Counted from the stretch's first letter, positions 26,325 through 40,498 are shown. The stretch: 64,000 bases of DNA from Eledone cirrhosa (GCA_964016885.1 OZ024743.1:150722001-150786000); one strand, 5' to 3'. Notes: generated by a model not told the origin, from the sequence alone. Numbers and translations: made by a program.

Positions 26325-26505
26325 TAATTGTTTCTACTTTTGGCACAAGGCCAGCAATTACCCAGTACATTACTGGTACTTTATTTTATCGACCCCGTAA
26401 GGATGAAAGGCAAAGTTAACCTCGGCGGGATTTGAACTCAGAATGGCAAGAGCCGTAACTCTATACGTCAAAGCATGGCGTCCGACCCTCTACCGATACT
26501 GCCAA
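26325..26505 (-). mobile_element. SINE family A
   Basis: Matches family A sequence. Confidence 0.88.
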
Positions 26506-26599
26506 TGAAAGCTATATCCATTTTCCCATTAAGAGGAAGACACAACACAAAAATACCATCGTATATCTCAAAAATAGTAAAAAGATCGCTGACCTACGA

Positions 26600-27260
26600 A
26601 GAACTATCACCTATGTGGCAATGCTTATCACATGTAAACAAAAACTACATTCCTCACAAACAATGAGTGAAACAATAGAAATGATGTTTAGAGATAGTGC
26701 AAGCCAAACTCATCAATACAAGTTGATCACTCTCAAACAAGAGCTGAGAGCCGTCAGCCAGAAGGTCCGATACCAGAACAGAGTGGCTGAAAGGAAAATG
26801 ATAAAAAATAAGATTCAGCCAGAACCAAACATTAGTCTATACTGATATGAGAGGAACAGCAATGAATGTCACAGAAACCCTACCCCCAAAAAACAGATTC
26901 TGTCTGGAGAAAAATATGAAATGAGGAAAAGAAATTCAACTAAGATGCAGTATGGTTGAAAGAAATTTGAACAAACTCTTGCTCCTGCATTACACTAAAA
27001 ACACATAGCATCAATAATGATGTACTCGAGACTGTAAGAGGAAAACTTCAGGATCAGAAAACACCAGGAAGAGACTTGATTGTTGGCTACTGACTTTCTA
27101 TCAGATGTATTTTATCAACCTCTATCAGCAAGCTCTCAAGGGAGATGTATAAATACACCAGATATAATATTGGTCTCCAAAAACAAAGACACCCATTTGG
27201 CAAAAACTACTATTACATGCCAGAAACTAATGTATAAAATGTATACACTACTAACAACAA
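26600..27260 (+). pseudogene. Decayed non-LTR retrotransposon RT fragment, R4/Dong-like
   Basis: WRKI..FN.DAVWL, KTPGRDLIVGY, ITCQKLMYKMYT resemble N-terminal RT motifs of the R4/Dong clade. Confidence 0.5.
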
Positions 27261-27482
27261 AGAAAAAAATATAGAATGTAGATGGTCAGTTAAATAAATA
27301 GGGCAGAAGATATTTGCATAAGTTAGTAACATTGTTGTCAATTTTTTATAAATTTGTTAGTAATTTGTAATTAATTTTTCTTTTTATAATTTATAAAATA
27401 ACTTACCTTTGATATTTATTCTAAAATATGAATTAGTTTCTGTACTGCATGCTCCAATATCAATATTCTTTCAGATAATTAA

Positions 27483-27875
27483 TAATTGCTTCTACCTTTG
27501 GCACAAGGCCAACAATTATCCCAGTGCATTACTGGTACTTTATTTTATCAACCCTGTAAGGATGAAAGGCAAAGTTAACTTTGGCAGGATTTGAAGACAG
27601 CCCGTAAAAGGCCATAACTCTATGCATAAAAGCAGGGTGTCTGATGCTCTACCGATACTGCCAATCCACCGCCCTTCAAATAATTAATAATTGTTTCTAC
27701 TTAGAGTTTCTACTTTTGGCACAAGGACAGCGATTACCCCAGTGTATTATTGGTACTTTATTTTATCAACCCTGTAAGGATGAAAGGCATAGTTAACCTA
27801 GGAGGATTTGAACTCAGAACACAAAGGGCCATAACTCTGCTGCAAAGCATGGTGTCTGACACCCTACCGATACCA
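27483..27875 (-). mobile_element. Two tandem SINE family A copies (27483-27673, 27687-27875)
   Basis: Matches family A; both start at ataattaataattg. Confidence 0.85.
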
Positions 27876-28702
27876 AAACAATGCAGATAAATTTGTTTGA
27901 ATGTTTGGCATAACTGTACACATCCATCATATTGTACAATATATGAATACATGAAATAAACTTTTCTTAATTATGAAAAACATTTGAGTTCAACAATAAA
28001 ACAAGCTATAATTTTCATTGTTTCAATTAATATTAATACAGAAGTTGATTTAGAAAGTTTATGATTAAAAATGTTACAATGATAATTACTTTTTTTTCAC
28101 AAATCAAACTTAGTATTACAGCCAGTTATAACTATAAATGTCTGACAGATTATATCAAGACACTTGCTTAACTTATACTTCCTATTAGCACTAAATCAAT
28201 ACAAGTATGAACTCTGTTTATCATAAGACGATAGGATTACACAAAAGGCATAGTTAATAGGTTTCAGAATATATAGAAATGATTTGAATTCGTTATTAGA
28301 AAATAATTAAAAATTATATATAAGAATTTTATTCACAGTTGTATAAATAACATTACAAATTGTTTATAGTTCTTAGAGAAGGAAAATATAAACATATAAT
28401 AAATGCAATTAATTATGGCAAGGAACCTCACAAATATAATGCAGAAAAATATATGATGAAAGTTAGAGAAAAAATGAATATATATTTGTGATGTTCCAAG
28501 CAATAATTAATTGTATTTATTATTTGTGTTTATATTTTTATTCTGTAAGAATTATAAACAATGTGTAATGTTATCTAGCACTAAATCAATACAAGAAGTA
28601 TGAGCTTTGTTTATTATAAGACGATAGGGTTACACAAAATGCATAGTACCATTAATAGTTTTCAGAATATATAGAAATGATTTGAATTCATTATTAAAAA
28701 AT

Positions 28703-28795
28703 AACTTTGCCTTTCATCCTTATGGGGCCGATAAAATAAAGTGCCAGTAATGCACTGGGTAATTGCTGACCTTGTGCCAAAAGTAGAAACAATTA
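28703..28795 (+). mobile_element. 5'-truncated SINE family A
   Basis: actttgcctttcatcc...agtagaaacaatta. Confidence 0.85.
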
Positions 28796-29040
28796 TAATT
28801 AAAAATTAAGACAAGAAATGTTTACTGCTTTGTTTTACATACATAATTCAGTAATTTTGAATATTATTCAATATTTGTTCATGTATAATATTTCAATTAT
28901 ATTTTTATTATGAACTTAGTTTCTATGTTGTGCATGAATATCATGTTCTTCATAATACTTGAACATAAAGTTTCATTCTTTAAAATTCAAGAAAGTGACA
29001 TTGATTATATCTTTTAAATATACTTAATAATTTAGATATA

Positions 29041-29160
29041 GGTTATGAATTGGCAGATAGAATGCTTTGTGGTATTCATTTTGGCTCTCTGATCTCTGAG
29101 TTCAAATCCTGCCAAGGTCAACTTTGCCTTTCATCCATTCGAGGTTGATAAAAAAAGTAT
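29041..29160 (+). mobile_element. Old SINE family A-related fragment
   Basis: ctgagttcaaatcctgccaaggtcaactttgcctttcatcc. Confidence 0.7.
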
Positions 29161-30475
29161 TGGGTTGGATTCTTCCTCTATATCTCTTTCTCATTTCCAT
29201 TCTCTAATTTTCTATCCTTTTCTGGAAGAAATCTACTGTACTAATACCTAGAGAGGGGATAGGTTCCACTAGGTTTTAAAATGCCCTAGAAACATCATAT
29301 GTCAATATGGCGCCCCTATGACTTCCCCAAGAATGAGAGAATAATTTAGATATTGAAAATGGTTGAAAGGGTAGAATGCCAGACCAGATAACTCCTGGGT
29401 ATTTAATTTCATGCTTGAGTAATTGTAGTTTAAATCTCACCAGATTCAACTCTACCTTTCATTTGTAAGTGGATTTATATACTGGAGGTGATTTATTGAA
29501 CTATACCCAAATTGTATAAATTTGTTCTAGGTTTTAAAACAATCGTTATAGGTAGAAACATAATTTTGATGGGAAAATATTTAACTTGAATTTAGCTTGT
29601 CATTCATTTTAATGTCTTATTTTAATTTCAGTTAGTCAGCATCAAGTATGTTTTAAATAATGCAAAAAAAAGTTGATGAAATATTGAGATGATTATTATA
29701 ATGATTTATATAATAAAACTTGATTGTCTTCAGACTGAAGTTTACTCTTGCAAGTCCATCAAGGCATAAATTGTGATAAGAAACAAGAATATCACGGAAG
29801 TATTTCTGTTAACTGAGATTTGGTTCCAAGCCATAAACAAAGAATCATTATGAAATATCTAAAAGATAACATTTCTTAAATGTTCTTAAAAATCAAACAA
29901 CTGTTTGAAAATACTTTAGATATTCTGAAACTGATAAGTTTTCTGGGTTTATTTTTTTTTGTTTTTATATTTCCCCTTACTCCCCAATTAATGAATATTT
30001 GAATTAACAAATATTGTTTTTTCCAGCAACATATTTTCCTATTTTATTTTTTCCAATATGCATTATGAAATCTAGACAATTCTTTGAGAAAATCATTTGC
30101 AAACATGTACTTCCTAACACATATCGACTTAGTATAAATTGAAACTGCTATTAATACCCCACTCAAGTAGATTGGAAATGTGGAATAAGGCATCTGATAC
30201 AAGAACAATAGAATTGCTTGGCTGTGTTTTAAAGCAATAAACCAAAATTATGTATGAATATTACATGAAATTTCCAGCCTACTTCTAGGGAAAAGGGTAG
30301 GAAATTTCTTGCACATTTATGTGAATTGAGAACAGGCTGAACAAAGTGAAACATTTGCAAACATAAGTATATACACACACATACATACATACATATTTAT
30401 ATCTATATGTACATGTATAAATGGGGATTGGCTTTTCTTTCAGGCGTATTTGATTTAAAAAAATTATATATATAC

Positions 30476-30534
<59 letters not shown>

Positions 30535-32554
30535 CACATATAATAATGTACACACACGCACACAAATGTATATATAAATATATAGGGGGTGAGTGATTAC
30601 AATAAACATGCTTATAAATATAATAGAAAATTGATTTAATTCAAAATGATTCAAAACTGATAAGCAAAACTTAAATCCCAGTTATGTTATTTAATATGCA
30701 AGATGTGTTTGAACTTCTTGAAATACAAAACATAATGGGAGATATTTTGTGGAATAATGTTGTAATCAATATCATATTCAACATCAGACATTTTCTTTCT
30801 CAATCCAATGTTGTGAGCAACATAAATGCATTAAAAGGATACGTAGAAATTTAACATTTGTGTATATATATCTATGCTGTATTAATTATCCCATTTAATC
30901 TCTTCTTTGGAAGGATTCTTATAACATTAAAAGCACTTTCCTTTAAACTTCTTCAACTGTAATTTCTATTCAGATTTATTCCTTACAGCAAGAATTATAC
31001 CAGCATTGTTAACTATGTTTTAATGTTTCCATTTGTCTGGAGTATTATGACAGAAAAGTGTCATTATTTAGTCAGTTGAATGTCCAGTATAAATTTCTCT
31101 GCAACTAATCTTCATATGGACCAGCTAACAATAGATGGTAACTTCAAGACTTTTAATATTTGTCTGCAAATAATGGCAAACACTTTCATAAATCATTATC
31201 AATAGTTACTATTAGGTTTTTGCAGTCTTGGAATAATTTGTGAAGAATTTTGATGAGGTGAAGTAAACATAATATACACTTGATACAATAGGGATTGAAA
31301 TCAATAATTTCTAAATTATTCAAAAATGTTTTTATCTTAAAAATAGATCGATCATCAAAACCTTTTGAGGAAATAATTTAATTATTCCAATCTCATGATG
31401 TATGGTATGCTGAAATTTCAAATTGAGTACTTTAAACTTGAAAGGTAATAGGGTTAACCTCAAACTTATGGGATAAGAGTTAGGGCTAGGGTTAGTGTTA
31501 GGGGCAAGACCTTAAATTCATTGAAGGTTTTTATAATTCATCTGGGTAGAACATTATATTTTATGTATCCAATTTCATCTAGATTCAGGGCATATGTATA
31601 TACCAAAAGCTTCGAAAAACGTTAACTACAATAGTTAAATGCTTTCCAGAAAATCTCTAATCTTTGTAACAATACAAATAGTAAGGATATTGAATATATG
31701 GATATCTATCATTGGTGAAAGAATTCTCTTTAAATTAACTTTACATTTAAGTTGCTTATTCCACTATATTCTTCATCAAATTTAAAGTAAACTACGGATA
31801 ATAGTAATAAAAATGGTAGAATACCTCCTCAAATAGAATGCGATATTTAGTTGCCTCATTTTACATGTACAGTTCAATTGTCAGCCAGAGTTGTCTGTTC
31901 CTCTCATCTTCGAAGGGGTTAATAAAATAGTTATCAAAACATTATTGAGATCATTTTAGTTGACTCTAGATCTCTGTTCAAATGTGTAACTTTTTTTGTC
32001 AATGGAGAGAAATCCTTATTGACTAGTTTGTTTACTTAAAGAGTAAACCGAAGTAAATACATTACAGTATTTGAGTAATTTAAAGATGTCATCCACATAC
32101 AAAATAGTAGATGAGTTGGTGTTTATATGTTTAATGCATGGACCATTGAAAAGACAGGGAGAATCACTATTCTCCGAATGGATTTCCTAGTTTTTGCTAT
32201 ATAATAGAGGAATGGGAGATATCTTTTGTATTAATAACATATAATTTTCAGAAAAAATAATAAAAAACTGTTTATGATTTGGGTCAAAATATATAATAAT
32301 AAATGATTTTATTATTATATATTTTTATATATTTTTACGCAAGTGATAAACAGTGTTTTATTACATCTTCTGGAAAATATCCTTTACATGTAATATTATA
32401 TGCAAGATGACCCATTAGTGCATTGTACCCAACACTCCAATTGTTAGATCTTGAAGTATCTTGAGATAAGCACTCAACAGCCTAAAGCATTCCAGATTAC
32501 GTCTGGTGGTCCAGACGGAGTATATACAGTGAAGAATAAGTATGCCTAATGGGT

Positions 32555-32852
32555 TTTTATATCAATTTATTCAGAAATTTTCCATTACAAATGTTTCAAC
32601 GGGTTTGACAACTATGCAGTGCATTGGTTCCATAGCCTCAATCTAGTCTCTTCAGATGGTTTTCCAAACATTAGTTTATCCACTTCCTGGTTCTATGGAG
32701 AGATAGGGGAACTGATGAAATTCAATATCAGCTCTACTCTTGAAGACCATCTCAAGAGACCAGATAGATGGTATGGAACCAATGCACTGCATAGTTGTCA
32801 AACCCGTTGAATCATTTATAATGGAAAACTTCAAAATAAACTGATGTAAAAA
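32555..32852. repeat. Diverged inverted repeat (~110-bp arms) upstream of (TA)n
   Basis: ttcaacgggtttgacaactatgcagtgcattggttccata and its reverse complement at ~32773-32811. Confidence 0.75.
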
Positions 32853-32877
32853 TTCATTATGCATATTTATTTTTCAT

Positions 32878-32933
<56 letters not shown>

Positions 32934-32938
<5 letters not shown>

Positions 32939-32991
32939 GTAAGTATGTGTGTATACGTACATACATATATGTATACAGACGCACAGTAGCA

Positions 32992-33043
<52 letters not shown>

Positions 33044-33469
33044 CAGGTACACATACATATATGCACGTATCAGTTTAGCGGACGCTTATTATAACGCCGC
33101 TTTGTTCGTTTGTAAACAAACTGAACAGCCTGAATGTTATGCCGTACGGTGTTAAGGCAACCACGTCACCTTTTTGTTCAACACTGACACAGGAACGATG
33201 TACTAGTTTCAAGCTTGTTAGCTATCATCAGCACCGTATACCCTTCTGCCAGATAGTTGAACGTTCGAAAGTATATACTTTCCTTATGAAAATTAACGGC
33301 TGAGCAGCCTAATTTGCATATCGAGTGAGTTAAGTCGGTCAGGCATACCGAAAACGATAAGTTGAAATAAAATGAAAACGAAATTTCATTTCTCACTCTT
33401 AGTACGGCACTTACTTAAATGTAAGTATGTGTGTATACGTACATATATGTATACAGACGCACAGTAGCA

Positions 33470-33523
<54 letters not shown>

Positions 33524-33731
33524 CAGGTACACATACATATATGCACGTATCAGTTTAGCGGACGCTTGAAACTAGTACATCGTTCCTGTGTCAGTGTTGA
33601 ACAAAAAGGTGACGTGGTTGCCTTAACACCGTACGGCATAAAATTCAGGCTGTTCAGTTTGTTTACAAACGAACAAAGCGGTGTTATAATAAGCGTCCGC
33701 TAAACTGATACGTGTATATATGTATGTGTAC

Positions 33732-33737
<6 letters not shown>
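32934..33737. mobile_element. Second locus of retrozyme-like family B (tandem + inverted)
   Basis: Unit 32934-33417, partial repeat 33418-33566, opposite-orientation piece 33563-33737 joined at gctt microhomology; homologous to 8192-9390. Confidence 0.85.
33195..33237 (-). ncRNA. Type I hammerhead ribozyme (family B)
   Basis: acggtg-CTGATGA-t-agct-aaca-agct-t-GAAA-ctag-TA-catcgt. Confidence 0.88.
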
Positions 33738-33771
<34 letters not shown>

Positions 33772-33855
33772 AAAAATTGAACAGGGACAGAACAGAGAGG
33801 CAGTACGACAAATGTTTATTAGATTCACGCTCAGGAGAGTGGGGGGTAGGTGGAG

Positions 33856-33889
33856 GACGACGTTTCGGGCATAAGCCCTTCTTCAGGTA
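33856..33889 (-). ncRNA. Minimal hammerhead ribozyme within a ~200-bp (TA)n-flanked pLTR fragment (33766-33966)
   Basis: ac-CTGAAGAA-gggc-ttat-gccc-GAAA-cg-TC-gt. Confidence 0.82.
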
Positions 33890-35848
33890 AGAGTTCAAAA
33901 GGTGTGTAGGGGAGTGGTGGAGAGACATATAGCGAAAGGAAACGGTGCGAATGAAAAATTAACAAATATATATATATATATATATAATTTCTGTTAGCAA
34001 AATACTGGAAATCAAAATAAGTATTGGTTACAAGAACTGAAAACATAGTAGCTTGCAACAGAGGATGACAATATTGTTTGCATAGTAATCTAACACAAAG
34101 ACTTTAAATTGATTAATCTTCACATTATAAACAGTTTTCGTTGTGCAAATGTAAGTAATACTTAATTATGTAAATTCTAAAAAATAGATGAACTAGATAT
34201 TTATCATCAAAGATCTACTAATTAGCAATAAATGCACAACAAAAATAAATTAATCTTTCATATTAATTAGCAACACATTTAGAGAATCACTACATAATGA
34301 ACTATGACTAAAGTAATAATTCAAATCATATTAATTACCTATAATGAATATTTATTAGTGTTATATACAGAACTTTAAACAAAAAGAGACTATTTACAAT
34401 TCTCTTCTATATTAATTTAAAACACCAGTTAAAAATGAAATTCTTCTAATTTGTCACAATGGAAGAACATTTTTTTTTTATAGTTTAGTTATTATTATAG
34501 CCTAAAAACTTGTTAACTAATTAAATTTCAGCTATATTCTACTAAATAAATAACAATTACTAATAAACTATTGACGTTTTTCTGAATTAATAGTTAGTAT
34601 CAGGCTAGAAATCATTATAAAAAGTAACTAAAATGCAAGAGAAATACTATAAAGTTAACTAGAGAAAGGAGGATGAATTCAGCTTTAGAATAGAAATTAT
34701 GGTAATTTTTTTAAATTGAAAGTACTAATTAACTACTAAAAAATAATAACCCCCAAAAGAATACTAAGTGGCTACACAAAACTAAAGAAAACGGCAGTGC
34801 TAAAATATTTAGACATTCTAAGTCTACAACATATAATTTATTTCTTCATTCCAACCTCCTCAATGTATGCAATTGATTTTTTGGCTTTGAATTATTATTT
34901 TATCAACCCATATAAAATTTCATTTGAACAACCTTCACATTTTCGCAATTCAATATTGTTTTCTATCATTTCTTACTGCCTTCTCACTCTATGTTTACCA
35001 ACACCTTTCTTTTATTTTATTTTATTTTCTTTCTATTCATGTCTTTTATATATTCATTTTCTCTAATAAACAAAAACTTAGAACATTCTTTTATTTCTGT
35101 TATATTTTATAAATTGTTGTCTAATATTAAATTTTCATTGAAAATATAACAATTTTAGTTCTACATCTTTTAGATTAAATTTCATTTCATCCATTCTCAA
35201 TTTATTACATTTCCCTCTGCAATAGGTCTATTGCCATTAGTTAGAAAGACAGTTATTAAACTAAGGAATGATTAAACTGTATGAAATATTCAGCACATAT
35301 CTATCAACAAAAGTTTAGTACAGGACTGCTAAAAATGAAATTGAAGTGATAGTAAGAAATAAATCTAGTCTTTAGTACATAAATATTCATGTCTAAATCA
35401 TCTAAATGATATATATAAAACAATAGAATCCATAAAACTAATGCCTGCTATATTCTACAAAGTCAAATGTTTTCTATTCACTTTAAAATGAATTAAAATA
35501 ATTATGCAGTAAAATATAAACATATGTAAATTTAATATATGAGTAGTATAAGTTTATAACTAAGTGACATACTAGTTATAATTTAAGATAAAGTGAAAGA
35601 TTTATGAAAATATAAAATATGTAGATTATGAGCATCATTAAGTCATACTAATATACAGACTCATTACATATTTAATAAATAATTATAATCAAAATTCTTT
35701 GTCTGGAAATTTTAATGCAATTTTTAAAATCAAAAACATATATATATGTGTGTGTGTGTGTGTATCCCTGGTTCAATCGGGGGTAACCACAGTACTCAAT
35801 ACATAGCAGAGTATAAATAGTTAGAAGCCATTTCTATATTAACTATAT

Positions 35849-35914
<66 letters not shown>

Positions 35915-36814
35915 TGTGTGTGTGTGTGAATAGGTAAAAATACAGTTGTATGCAAGACATTTTTGAGAATGTATTTTTGTAACTGAAAATAATTATTCTT
36001 ATGTTTAAAACATTTCAGCAAATTAGCTCACATCAACTGTATTGATATATGAATATTAACTAAAATTATAAAAGTATTAACCTATGGAAGAGAAAAAAGA
36101 AATATTTCCCAAGCGTAAAAATCAATTATTATAAAGAAATTTTACTTTTCGATTTTAAAATCCCTAAATTTAACTTTGCACTTCCAACCCCTCCCCTCTA
36201 GGATTATTATAATGAACAAAGCAAACTTGTCAAAAAGGGGCTTCATTTTTAGATTTATTGGCAGTTATTTCTCAGGGGAAATTCCCTTACATTAACAAAA
36301 AAGCTGGTGAAGGCAACTAGTAAGTGTATATCTTTATTCTCATTTATTGCAAGAATATGAAGAAAGCTTATTAAAACATTCCTAATGTATTTGTAACCAC
36401 TTAATTCTAAATTTATATTTTTCATCTGAATTACAATAAAAAAAATAACACATAAGAATTCCTCCAAATACCTTTCTTATATCAACTGCCATTTAAAAAT
36501 GCAGCATTATTTACCAGTTATGAAATACATTTCATAGTTTAATTAGTTCTTCAAAACCTCAAAGGCTCAAATCTATTTTTCTTAATATGCATCTAGTAAA
36601 TACATTCAAATGAAACATTTTAATGCCATTCAGTTAATATATTTGTATTTTGAAAATTCAGAAATACATCCTTATGGAGAATATTTATAATGATATTATG
36701 ATCCATGACATTATGGATCATGATAATATAATGTTCCATGATATAAAAAATAACATGACATAATTCAAAACAAGTTTGTAATGTATCTAAAGTCTAAAAG
36801 TCTAAAATCCTTTT

Positions 36815-37035
36815 CAATCCCAGAGGCTCATTAAGCTGGTGCTTATCGTGGTTTCCTTGGCACTAAGTGACTGAAAGTACAAAACTCCCCGCTAGGCAGG
36901 ATGCAAATCCATCATAAGATTAAACCCCCAGCTACTGCTGATACTCATTTTCAGCTGGGTATACTGGAGCAACATAACATGAAGTGAAGGAATCAAATCC
37001 ACAAACTTTATGATCCTAAGTCCAACAACCAAACC
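36815..37035 (-). mobile_element. Old tRNA-derived SINE related to family B
   Basis: 5' head ggcacatggcctagtggtt and ttgctccagtatacccagctgaaaatgagta on the minus strand. Confidence 0.6.
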
Positions 37036-38284
37036 ACTAGGCCATGTGCCTTCACTAGCAATGTGAAGAACATTTAGAGAGAAATTTTAAAATTATGAAT
37101 ATTCTTGTGATGTAAAGTTTTATCCCAACAATTTAAATCTTCAAATGTCCCCATTCCATTCAATAATGTTCTTGCTGAAATTTTAATATTTAATGTTTAC
37201 TAGAAATAAACAAACACTAAATATTTGAAATAAATTACCTATGTTTACATATATTCCAGCATTTTGTTAATGACATATGCTATAAAATATTCATAGTATT
37301 TAGTCAGGGTTTGGGGATAAAAGTGGTATATGAGAATCGGTGCATTCACTTAAGATTTATTAAGAATGGAAAAAAAGTACAAAAGCGTTTCAGAAAATCA
37401 TCACTAAATGTTTTAATATATTGTAGTTCCCTTCATATCTACCATCTTTTCTTAAAATATTAAATCCACTCTGATATTTTAGTTTTTTTTTTTTTTATCC
37501 TGGAAGAGTGAAAATGAAAGTTGACTTCAGTCAGATTTGAACTCAACCCAGAATCTAAAGAATCATAACTAATTTTAGCAGGAATTTTGTCTGGTGATAT
37601 AACAATTCCACCAATTAGCTGCCAAGATATATCTGGCTGTTCTCATTTTATATTTAGTATGGATCCTATGTCTAGGAGGTGAAGAGTTTGCATTATATGA
37701 CAACTGTCATGTTTTTGTTTACCTTGAAGTTAGCTCTGACTGAGCAGAGATGGGATACAATCAAAGGTGTTTCAGCCATAACCATTCCATTCATGTGTAT
37801 CTTGGACTGCATTGGTTAAGCTGTAATTAGTCAGATCTTTTTTTGGGGGGTCCACAAAGAAAAGAGTTGAATTATGGTGTTTTTGTTTTTTTCACATTGA
37901 GGCTGCGTACTAAAACATGAAATACAATTTGTTTCATCATTGAGTAGTGCTTTTATTAACTAACATTATGCAAATCAGACAAACCAATTCAGTTCTGTCT
38001 AGTTGTGTGTAAATAATAATTACCTCTAAGATACTATTCTCTCTGTGACAAAAATAAGAAATGGATCTCTGATGGAGCTTTAACAAAAGCTGCTAGAGTA
38101 ATAGATATTTAATTGAAGTACCTACTTCTTTACGCTAAAGCTAAATGTGTGTTTGCTAATACGTACTCCTAAATATTTTTTCTTAGATAGTGAGGCCCTC
38201 ATGTGTTTATTGTACATTAACATATAGAATATGTAGATGGATTAATTGAGTTCCTTATGTAATTGAAAAAAAGAGAATACAAGC

Positions 38285-38322
<38 letters not shown>

Positions 38323-38789
38323 ATAAGGAAAATGTTTATTCAAAAATATAGACCAGCATTAAATATAGTTTAATATACATTATGTTAACACCATAAACAT
38401 GCTAACCATCCAAACAGACACATACATATACACACACACACACACATAACACCTTCTATATTCGAAAATAAAAACTAGAGCTAAATAGATCTGAATACAC
38501 GTTAATACTCTAACACCTTAACATGCTAACCATACCCCACACACACACATAACTCCCTCCCTCCCATTTCTACTAATAGAATCATTTTCCTACACACACA
38601 CACACACCGGCACACAAATAAAAATACATATCTCTACTTTCTTTATTTCAATAGAAAGTCTGAATTTTGACACCTCAGCACATCAGCCATACTCACTGAA
38701 CAATTCTCCCCATCCCTTTTTTCTTGACCATTATTTTTTGTTTGGCACAAAATTCTCTAAATGGCTACAAAAAAATTCCCAAATATGGA

Positions 38790-39140
38790 TACGAAATTTA
38801 ATGTACTTGTTCACGTGACAGTCATAATTTTGTTTATAACCAATCAAATTACATTTATAAAAAAACCTTTTTGAGCCACTTTTTTAAGTAAAAAGAAACT
38901 CAAACACAAACTGGTGCGAAAGTTGATGTGCTTATTCATGTGACTGCATCAACCAACCAAATTTCACTCATATATGAAAAAATAATCTGACCCCCCCCCC
39001 CCCCCTTTTTTTTTAAAGGCAAATATAATAAGAACTTTGTAACGCGAACTGGCGCAAAATTTATTATACTTATTCACATGACAGTCATCAACCAACCAAA
39101 TTACTTTTCTAAAAACCTAGCATTTCGAGCCACTTTTTTC
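38790..39140. repeat. Three diverged ~120-135-bp tandem units
   Basis: Recurring cttattcacatgacagtcatcaaccaaccaaatt-like motif at ~38805, ~38930 and ~39068. Confidence 0.6.
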
Positions 39141-39339
39141 CATATAAAACAGAAGTAACATTCGAACACCAGCCAGATGTGAGAAAAACCACAAACCTTC
39201 CATCTCAATTCTACTTTTGAAAAGCCCAAGAACTGCGAAACCGGTAAATGAACCAAATAAATATTCTTAAAAGACTCCAGTTGCATTTTCGATTTCATCT
39301 TTTTTCCTTATATATATATATAACAGTCAGAAAAACATG

Positions 39340-40047
39340 CAAATCATCTTCTTCTTTGCCCACTTATTCCTAAGAAGGTCATGGGGGCAGAATCCTCAAA
39401 CACTCCTTCCAATGTGTCTAGTCAGAAGTAACCATCTTAAACTGATCCAGCTGGATCCCCAAGCGAGACCAGTCAAGCTCATGAATGTTATCCATATATT
39501 GGTTTTGCCCGTAAAATCTGTCCAGTGATTCTTTCCTGACACATTCTAACCACATGCCCATGGTATTGGAGTTGTGATTTCTCAATTTGGAGCAGTAGCA
39601 GCTCTACCTGAAGTGACTCTCTGATTTCTGAGCTATGCACTCTATCAAGTAACATTACTCCAAAGACCCTGTGGAGGAACCCCATTTTGGCCGTTTGTAT
39701 TTGTGATCATATTCTTTTGGTCATTACTCAAGATTCGTAACCATAGGTAAGGATTGGCATGAATACTAAATTGGAGATAGCAAATTTAGCTTTTACACCT
39801 ACTTCCTTTCTTTTGATGACCAAATGCTGAAGCTGTTGCATTACTGCACCAGCTCCTGCAATTCTTGCACTTAATTCAGTCTCCTACCTTCCATCACTCA
39901 TGAACACAGCCCTAAGATACTTGAAGTTTTCCACCTGCTTCAGTGGAACTCCATTCACATGTAGAGTGCACAGTGCAGGCTTCCCTGAGAGGATGAGTGT
40001 CTTAGTTTTTGCAGCAATGATTTTCATTCCAGCCATGCAGTACTCTG
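39340..40047 (-). pseudogene. RTE-clade LINE 3' fragment
   Basis: VNGVPLKQVENFKYLG; MGFLHRVFGV.LLDRV.SSEIRESL..QLQYHGHVVRM. Confidence 0.8.
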
Positions 40048-40287
40048 CAAATTTTTTTCTAAATCAGTAACAATGTTAAATAAATGAAATAGACATATTT
40101 TTAGCTGAGAAACAGATATATGGAATAGTGATGGCCGCAGTGGTGTTGCAGTTGGTCAAAGCTAGCTTATAGTCAAAGGTATTCCTGTCATGGCTATTAT
40201 GTCTTTTTTACACATTGTCCATTACATCTTCCTTTTATTAAAATAGTAGAGTATCTTTTGACAGACTTTTGGCTGTTATTTCTACCA

Positions 40288-40421
40288 TACTGCTACTACT
40301 ACTACTACTACTACTACTATTACTACTACTACTACTACTACTACTGCTGCTACTACTACTGCTGCACTTGCCGCTCTTACTACTACTGTTACTATTGCTA
40401 CAACTACTACTACTGCTGCTG

Positions 40422-40453
<32 letters not shown>

Positions 40454-40498
40454 ACCTCTACTACCACCGCAACTACTACTACGACTACAACAACAACA

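Noticed and set aside
38570-39320. Possible Helitron-like non-autonomous element
   Set aside because: Could not identify a 3' hairpin + CTRR terminus; reported only as tandem units
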